Origin: Eledone cirrhosa
Taxonomy: Eukaryota
Direction of reading: 5' to 3'
Length of the DNA: 64,000 bases
Assembly: GCA_964016885.1 (NCBI GenBank)
Contig: OZ024740.1
Location: forward strand, 423,336,001 to 423,400,000
Shown: piece after piece, positions 58,201 through 64,000 of the stretch
How the letters are laid out: every line of letters starts with the position of its first letter
Numbering within the stretch: the stretch's first letter is position 1
Program-made: the position numbers and the translations under genes
Notes under the pieces: model-generated
What the model was told of the DNA's origin: nothing
The model's database searches: none
Seen by the model: the letters and a program-made list of their open reading frames with translations, nothing else

Positions 58201-58710
58201 CTGGCTGATCAGGTACTTGAGGCTTTTGCACCCCCCGCTCCTATCAGATACTCCCACACAATCCCAGCGTGCTTCTAAGATGCCATTCCAATCCCCTATT
58301 AACAGTAAAGGGCGAGACGTAAGCAGAAAGTTTTCCAGGCGCCTAAAGAAGTCCGGCCGACCGGCCCCAGTAGGGGCGTAGACGGCCACCAGTCTAAAGG
58401 CACCACCTTCGCTATTGCTCACGTCCAGGACCACCAACTTTCCGTCAGGATCCCGGAAGATTGACCTTACCTCGAGATCCAGACATTTCCTAAACAGCAC
58501 AGCCACTCCACCTCCCATTCCCGGCCGACTAACAGATGCAAAGATCTGATAATCGTCGAAAATCGGCGCCAGTGCGCGTGTGTCGGAAATTCTGGTCTCG
58601 CTGATGGCAATTACATCCATTCCTAGTGACCTGAGGTCGTTGAGCAAGTGACCTTGCTTCCAGGGCGACCCCAGGCCACGAACATTTAAACTTCCTACTC
58701 TTATGGCCAT
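55291..58710 (-). CDS. ORF2p (APE endonuclease and RT), 1139 aa
   Basis: Uninterrupted, with the same motifs as 37810..41229. Confidence 0.97.
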   Translation of the reverse strand: MAIRVGSLNVRGLGSPWKQGHLLNDLRSLGMDVIAISETRISDTRALAPIFDDYQIFASVSRPGMGGGVAVLFRKCLDLEVRSIFRDPDGKLVVLDVSNSEGGAFRLVAVYAPTGAGRPDFFRRLENFLLTSRPLLLIGDWNGILEARWDCVGVSDRSGGCKSLKYLISQFQLSDRYRLDFPNAPVWTWTNRIGSSRSYIDRIFIRKRDRNSVGCPHFKTVAYSDHKLVICMVDLDKTRRLGPSYWKLNMSFPARKAYRDRVNNLVKQKLTGGVVNNRWWGALKREIRATSIGFSKEVAIEKNRKEEGLIAKLDEAICSGIATDVLAARMALDHFFNAKHEGCIVRAKARALRNEGTKAARWARFAETQRGNKTTIRSLTDRDGHELSDSKRMCEAFRQHFARLFGRMGESETAADFSPYLDGLPRLSTADAERCEEPITSAEIQDALVGCSSRKSPGLDGLPYELYVNMPDLFSDLLEALYCNWQQNGSIPSSVSRGVVTLIRKDENKRDTLDNFRPITLLNTEFKILAKVLAKRLALVVKDLVGEAQTCAIPTRSIHDNLHLMRYIIERVGCKPGFGGALINLDQSKAFDRVDHRYLEAVLEAAGFGPVFRSWIAAMYSGIRSVVKVNGHLSEPFQISRSVRQGCPLSSLLYVLTLEPLLRKLELLQGIPLEPGRRKAASAYADDITVMVSDTSEIEVIRTHLEEYERLTGAKLNPEKSVGLQLGTWRGKTMPSNSVVGRWTDGPVKLLGVWFGPDLQVDKNWDEVTSRIANLTQKWAERKLSLKGRAEVANAYIASVIYYRLAVVPCPRPRLANLERLLFKFLWRGRVPLVRRSICCQHPLRGGLGMPWLMMRRHALRLRHLQIFCLNGEQVWSPFVRRAFPQLISLTELQSWVKKRPRLGDWHLECCQALTALCRVGNAVSGTSTQDFYRGLVEGKCDDVLGEALGVNEVELTSMFRRTFEPGTMDNFQKSLAWQCYRGALPVRDKLYRHGSAVRRTCPRCAQSDETVLHALVQCPCIADLWGYVEQLLSRVERIRLSSESIVKIDPPPSFGQEGQAIFLCLVAVAKEVAWWTRLKGLKTDTFLFGQSLINFFKFHLERKVRVEREVLPPSTFTERWVNVARMARVSGPTLIMRL

Positions 58711-58739
58711 GCTGGCAGGATGAATGGGAGAGGAAAGGT

Positions 58740-60651
58740 TTACTTACCTTCCGGGGTCTTGTGAAGGTCGGGTGGTTCGACCTCCATGGTTTGTGGGGTT
58801 TCTTTTGGGAACCCCTTTAATAGTCTTGACGTGGGTTTTACGTTCGGGGTTCCCACATCCCGAGGAAAGCTCTTTCGAATTTCTTTGTATGAAGCGAGCG
58901 ACATTCGCATCAGAAGCAAATTATCTGGTACGCGAAATGTGCTCGCTTCAAATGTTTCCCCGTCTTTTTCGATGTTTGTGCTTCGTGCTACATGGGCCAT
59001 CAATTCCTTGTTGGCCCTTCTGGCAAGCACGAAGTTTTTAATGTTTTGTTGCTCGGGTTTTATTTGTTCGTGTGATTGTGGTGGTGATAGCTTTGTTAGT
59101 GTTGTTTCTATTGTGTCTGCGTTTGTTGTGGGTGGGGTGTCTGTAGTTTCTGATGTTTGTGCGTCTATTTGTTCTTGTGTCTGTTTAGCTTGTTTGCGTT
59201 TGGGGGATTTTGGTGGTTGTGTTGGTGATGCTGTGGGGAAAATGTTTGTGTGGGTGGTGTGTGTATTTTTTTTTGTGGGGGTGTTTGTGCTTTGTGGATT
59301 TCTTTTTTTTTTGTGTTTTGTTTTTTTGTATTTTGGGGGACTTTGGTTTTCCCTCATCTTCACTGCTGGAGGATGAGGGGTCTGTGGCTGTGAGCGTGTT
59401 TGTGTCTGAGTGAGTGTTTATGTTCTTGTTCGTGTGTGTATTTTGGGGAGGAGGGGGAATGGGAGAGCTTTCCTCGTTTCCCCCCTGGGTGTGCAATTTT
59501 GGTGGTTCCATTGTTGACGGTGTTGCTGGTGGTCCTTGTCCCGGCGTCGCCAGCAGTGGAATCTTTCGACCCCTTGCGCTTTTCGGCAGTTGAGGGCAGA
59601 AGGCTCGCAAGTGTGTCGTTTCCCCACAAAGGAAACAATGCGGCCTTTTGCCCTCAGTCATTATATGCAACACCCTCCCGTTTTGGAGGCGGATGTGGTC
59701 CGGGATTGCTTTTACGTTTTCGGGTCTGATTTGGAGCAGTATCTCCAGATCAACCCCGGACCAGTCGTCCCTGGCAGTTCTCGTTGCCTCTACCGGGACT
59801 GTATCCGTTCCTTCCACGATTACGCAACCCAGGAGCCACCACATATCAAGTCCTGGTGGAATCCTGGGAATGCGCACACGTGCTATTCGTTTTCCCATGT
59901 GGGAGGGGTACATTATGACCTTGCTGGTTTTGCAAGGGGTCATTGAATGCTTCACAGCGAGGGCTTCAGACTTGAACAGCACCGAAACGGTGCCGTATTG
60001 CCTGCCCCTCTCTATGAAGTCTGTGTCCTCTCTGATGTATTTCAGTGCGGCTTCTATGTCAGCTTGGGCGATTATCGCTGCCCTCTTTGTCTCTACTGAG
60101 ATGCATCTGAAATGCACCGTTCTTTTTTCCACTGCCTCAATGGCTTCTGCCGGGACAGTTAAGTTTGCCCAGGTCTGCTCTTGATTTATGATTTTCCAGG
60201 CCTGGGCCAACTTTTCCTCTCTGTTGGTTAAGTCGATGCTGTAGCATGGTCTCCTTTTAGCCGCTGCCACAGCAGCGAAAGTGTTCTTGTTGGTGTTGTC
60301 ACTGTTGTTGTTCTTGTTGGTGTTGCTGCTGCTATTGCTGTTGTTGTTCTCCCCTGTGTCGTGGTTACCTTCTGTGCTGTTGGCCTTGTTGGTGCTGCTG
60401 CTGTCGCTACTATTACTCTCTGTGCTGTTCGTTTTGTTGGTGCTCTCGCTATTACCACCTTCTGCGCTGTTCGGCTTGTTGGTGTTGGTGTTGTCGCTGT
60501 TACCACCTTCCGCGCCGCTCGGCCCGTTGGTGCTGGCACTGTCGCTGCTCACATTCGTGCTGGTGGCGCTCCTCGCCTCACCTCTCCTCTCAACGCTCAA
60601 GTCGCCGTTGCACGACAGCAGACCCGCCTCTAGGGGGCGTGGCTCCGCCAT
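58740..60651 (-). pseudogene. B6 ORF1 with a +1 frameshift in an A-run
   Basis: Same lesion as in B5. Confidence 0.85.
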
Positions 60652-60861
60652 GTTTTTTTTTAGAAAAAAATTATGATTTTTCCAAAATAAAGTTCAAATA
60701 TTTGGGCCAAAAGGCCCAAATATTATGAGTTATTCCTTCACAGGATACAAATTAATGTCTTATAATGCTTCAGCGGTACAAAAAATAAACAATTCTCTAC
60801 AATTAATCCTCAAAAAATTGCTTACTCACGGAGCTTCAAAAAACGTACATCCACTTTCGTC

Positions 60862-63800
60862 AATAATAATAATAATGATTTCATTTATTGGCCACAAGGG
60901 CCGACATATAGGGGACAACACAATAGACAGGGACAGTGGGGGTTTACATAGAGATCGAGTAAGTATAAATAACAAAAAAAACAAAATAACAATAAAAATA
61001 CAACAATGAAAGTTCCCCAATAAGAGGGATCACCACCCAGGGTTGACTCAAGCACCCCACCAGTCCTGAGCCACCCGACGCTCCTAGGGCACCCGGGAAG
61101 GGCACCCCTCTCCTTCTCGAATTCACCAGCCTACAGGCGCATGATCAGAGTAGGCCCACTCACGCGGGCCATTCTCGCCACATTCACCCACCTTTCAGTA
61201 AATGTACTGGGGGGCAGCACTTCTCTCTCCACCCTCACCTTCCTTTCCAAGTGAAACTTGAAGAAGTTGATGAGGGATTGGCCGAAGAGAAAAGTGTCTG
61301 TCTTCAGTCCTTTCAACCTGGTCCACCATGCAACCTCTTTCGCTACTGCCACCAGGCAGAGGAAAATTGCCTGCCCTTCCTGACCAAAAGAAGGCGGCGG
61401 GTCAATCTTCACTATGGACTCGGACGATAGCCGGATCCGTTCTACACGCGACAATAGCTGTTCGACATAACCCCACAAGTCAGCAATGCACGGACACTGG
61501 ACGAGTGCGTGCAGAACGGTTTCGTCGCTCTGCGCGCATCTCGGGCAGGTTCGTCTGACAGCACTTCCGTGCCTGTAGAGTTTATCCCGAACCGGCAGCG
61601 CCCCCCGGTAGCACTGCCAAGCGAGGGATTTCTGGAAGTTATCCATCGTCCCCGGCTCGAAAGTCCTCCGGAACATACTGGTCAGTTCTACTTCGTTGAC
61701 GCCCAGAGCCTCTCCTAGTACGTCATCGCACTTGCCCTCCACTAATCCTCTATAGAAATCTTGAGTGGAAGTTCCACTGACCGCATTGCCCACCCTGCAG
61801 AGTGCAGTGAGCGCCTGGCAACATTCCAGATGCCAGTCGCCCAGTCTCGGTCTCTTCTTGACCCAGGACTGCAGCTCAGTCAAAGAGATGAGCTGCGGAA
61901 AGGCCCGTCTAACAAACGGCGACCACACCTGTTCACCGTTTAGGCAAAATATCTGGAGATGTCGCAGCCTCAGCGCATGTCTGCGCATCATTAGCCACGG
62001 CATGCCCAGCCCTCCACGAAGAGGGTGCTGGCAGCAGATGGACCGCCTCACCAACGGGACCCGTCCCCTCCACAAAAATTTGAAAAGGAGCCGTTCCAAA
62101 TTGGCGAGGCGTGGACGGGGGCAAGGCACGACGGCCAGGCGGTAGTAGATGACGGACGCGATGTACGCGTTCGCCACCTCCGCCCGCCCTTTCAGTGATA
62201 GCTTTCTCTCAGCCCATTTCTGGGTGAGGTTGGCTATCCTGCTCGTCACCTCGTCCCAATTCTTATCCACCTGGAGGTCTGGTCCGAACCAAACCCCGAG
62301 CAACTTTACCGGTCCGTCTGTCCAGCGCCCAACGACGCTGTTGGACGGCATGGACTTGCCTCTCCAGGTGCCGAGCTGCAAGCCCACCGACTTTTCCGGG
62401 TTAAGTTTTGCTCCCGTCAACCTTTCATATTCCTCCAAATGGGTGCGGATCACCTCGATTTCCGAGGTGTCCGACACCATCACGGTGATGTCGTCCGCAT
62501 AAGCGGACGCAGCCTTTCTGCGTCCCGGTTCGAGCGGGATGCCCTGCAACAACTCCAGCTTCCGCAGTAGAGGCTCAAGAGTCAATACGTACAGAAGTGA
62601 GGAGAGAGGGCACCCTTGACGGACCGATCGAGAGATCTGAAACGGTTCCGAGAGGTGGCCATTAACTTTGACCACCGAGCGGATGCCGCTGTACATTGCA
62701 GCGATCCAGCTTCTGAAGACGGGGCCGAAGCCAGCCGCCTCGAGGACAGCCTCCAAGTACCGATGGTCGACCCTATCGAATGCTTTCGATTGATCTAAAT
62801 TGATCAGAGCCCCACCGAAGCCAGGTTTGCACCCAACCCTCTCTATGATGTATCGCATGAGGTGGAGGTTGTCGTGTATGGACCTGGTCGGGATTGCGCA
62901 AGTTTGCGCCTCCCCAACCAAATCTTTGACGACAAGCGCCAACCTTTTCGCTAACACCTTGGCCAAAATCTTAAACTCTGTGTTGAGCAGGGTTATGGGC
63001 CTGAAATTATCTAGTGTGTCCCTCTTGTTCTCGTCTTTCCTTATCAGCGTCACTACGCCACGGCTCACAGAACTGGGAATGCTCCCGTTCTGCTGCCAGT
63101 TGCAGTAGAGCGCTTCGAGGAGATCGGAGAACAAGTCTGGCATATTTACGTAAAGCTCGTAGGGCAGACCATCCAAACCGGGTGACTTGCGACTCGAGCA
63201 GCCGACAAGGGCGTCCTGAATTTCGGCTGATGTTATCGGCTCTTCGCAGCGCTCAGCGTCGGCCGTCGAGAGGCGTGGCAAGCCGTCGAGGTAGGGACTG
63301 AAGTCCGCCGCCGTCTCCGACTCACCCATCCTCCCGAACAATCGAGCAAAGTGCTGGCGAAAGGCCTCACACATCCGCTTGGAATCGCTCAGTTCGTGTC
63401 CATCTCGATCCGTCAAAGACCGAATTGTGGTTTTATTTCCACGCTGCGTCTCTGCAAAGCGAGCCCATCGGGCAGCTTTGGTTCCCTCGTTCCTCAGAGC
63501 ACTCGCCTTAGCTCTGACAATGCAACCTTCGTGTTTCGCATTGAAGAAATGGTCTAGTGCCATTCTCGCCGCTAGCACGTCTGTTGCAATGCCACTACAA
63601 ATAGCCTCGTCTAACTTAGCTATCAGCCCCTCCTCCTTTCTATTTTTCTCTATTGCTACTTCTTTGCTAAATCCTATCGAGGTTGCTCTAATCTCTCTTT
63701 TGAGTGCCCCCCACCACCTGTTGTTGACAACCCCCCCTGTCAACTTTTGCTTAACTAAGTTGTTGACCCGGTCCCTGTAAGCTTTACGTGCCGGAAACGA

Positions 63801-64000
63801 CATGTTTAGCTTCCAGTAGCTAGGTCCTAACCTACGTGTCTTATCTAGGTCGACCATACAGATCACAAGCTTGTGATCTGAATAGGCAACCGTTTTAAAA
63901 TGTGGACATCCTACACTATTTCTATCTCTTTTCCTAATGAAAATCCTATCTATGTACGATCTAGATGACCCTATGCGATTGGTCCAGGTCCATACTGGCG
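60862..64000 (-). mobile_element. LINE B7, cut by the window edge
   Basis: Same junction and 3' UTR as the other B units; ORF2 is open to the edge. Confidence 0.95.
61131..64000 (-). CDS. ORF2p, partial (N-terminus outside the window)
   Basis: ORF 61131..63866, with collinear homology continuing to 64000. Confidence 0.92.
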   Translation of the reverse strand, partial: PVWTWTNRIGSSRSYIDRIFIRKRDRNSVGCPHFKTVAYSDHKLVICMVDLDKTRRLGPSYWKLNMSFPARKAYRDRVNNLVKQKLTGGVVNNRWWGALKREIRATSIGFSKEVAIEKNRKEEGLIAKLDEAICSGIATDVLAARMALDHFFNAKHEGCIVRAKASALRNEGTKAARWARFAETQRGNKTTIRSLTDRDGHELSDSKRMCEAFRQHFARLFGRMGESETAADFSPYLDGLPRLSTADAERCEEPITSAEIQDALVGCSSRKSPGLDGLPYELYVNMPDLFSDLLEALYCNWQQNGSIPSSVSRGVVTLIRKDENKRDTLDNFRPITLLNTEFKILAKVLAKRLALVVKDLVGEAQTCAIPTRSIHDNLHLMRYIIERVGCKPGFGGALINLDQSKAFDRVDHRYLEAVLEAAGFGPVFRSWIAAMYSGIRSVVKVNGHLSEPFQISRSVRQGCPLSSLLYVLTLEPLLRKLELLQGIPLEPGRRKAASAYADDITVMVSDTSEIEVIRTHLEEYERLTGAKLNPEKSVGLQLGTWRGKSMPSNSVVGRWTDGPVKLLGVWFGPDLQVDKNWDEVTSRIANLTQKWAERKLSLKGRAEVANAYIASVIYYRLAVVPCPRPRLANLERLLFKFLWRGRVPLVRRSICCQHPLRGGLGMPWLMMRRHALRLRHLQIFCLNGEQVWSPFVRRAFPQLISLTELQSWVKKRPRLGDWHLECCQALTALCRVGNAVSGTSTQDFYRGLVEGKCDDVLGEALGVNEVELTSMFRRTFEPGTMDNFQKSLAWQCYRGALPVRDKLYRHGSAVRRTCPRCAQSDETVLHALVQCPCIADLWGYVEQLLSRVERIRLSSESIVKIDPPPSFGQEGQAIFLCLVAVAKEVAWWTRLKGLKTDTFLFGQSLINFFKFHLERKVRVEREVLPPSTFTERWVNVARMARVSGPTLIMRL

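Larger units (their letters stand above)
55022..60861 (-). mobile_element. LINE B6 (ORF2 intact, ORF1 frameshifted)
   Basis: ORF2 55291..58710; ORF1 split into 59185..60651 and 58740..59363. Confidence 0.96.
25880..64000 (-). repeat. Head-to-tail tandem array of at least 7 near-identical full-length family-B LINEs, period 5822-5840 bp
   Basis: The junction CACTTTCGTC-(AAT)5-GATTTCATTTATTGGCC recurs with (AAT)5 starting at 31707, 37542, 43377, 49199, 55022 and 60862. Confidence 0.98.

Noticed and set aside
25880-64000. Firm call as a telomeric retrotransposon array
   Set aside because: No telomeric repeat tract or chromosome end in the window, and no 5'-truncated units as seen in HeT-A/TART arrays; kept only as a testable option.

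Overview
Eukaryotic, repeat-saturated DNA with no host gene. It is probably cephalopod/octopus, judged from a recalled tRNA-SINE and the microsatellite context (unverified). About 60 of the 64 kb are two head-to-tail arrays of two-ORF, APE-type L1/Tx1-like non-LTR retrotransposons, almost all on the minus strand. Array A (1-21754) mixes three diverged subfamilies (A1, A2, A3) joined through (TATC)n tails; it contains one fully intact element (10181-15966), an inversion across a junction and a chimera. Array B (25880->64000) has at least 7 near-identical ~5.83-kb units joined by an invariant (ATT)5 linker. Between the arrays lie microsatellites, a CR1-like 3' fragment with an 8x61-bp expansion, and a hAT transposon (18-bp TIRs, 8-bp TSD) inserted in a SINE. 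The most novel signal is a set of cis-elements conserved across the four diverged families. These are (i) a consensus 5' splice donor at the ORF1 stop, with a 3' acceptor at the ORF2 stop, so that ORF2 could be removed as one intron leaving an almost unchanged ORF1p; (ii) a second donor near the 5' end; (iii) a sequence-variable hairpin upstream of the ORF1 AUG; and (iv) a covarying 3' hairpin plus AATAAA before the microsatellite tail.
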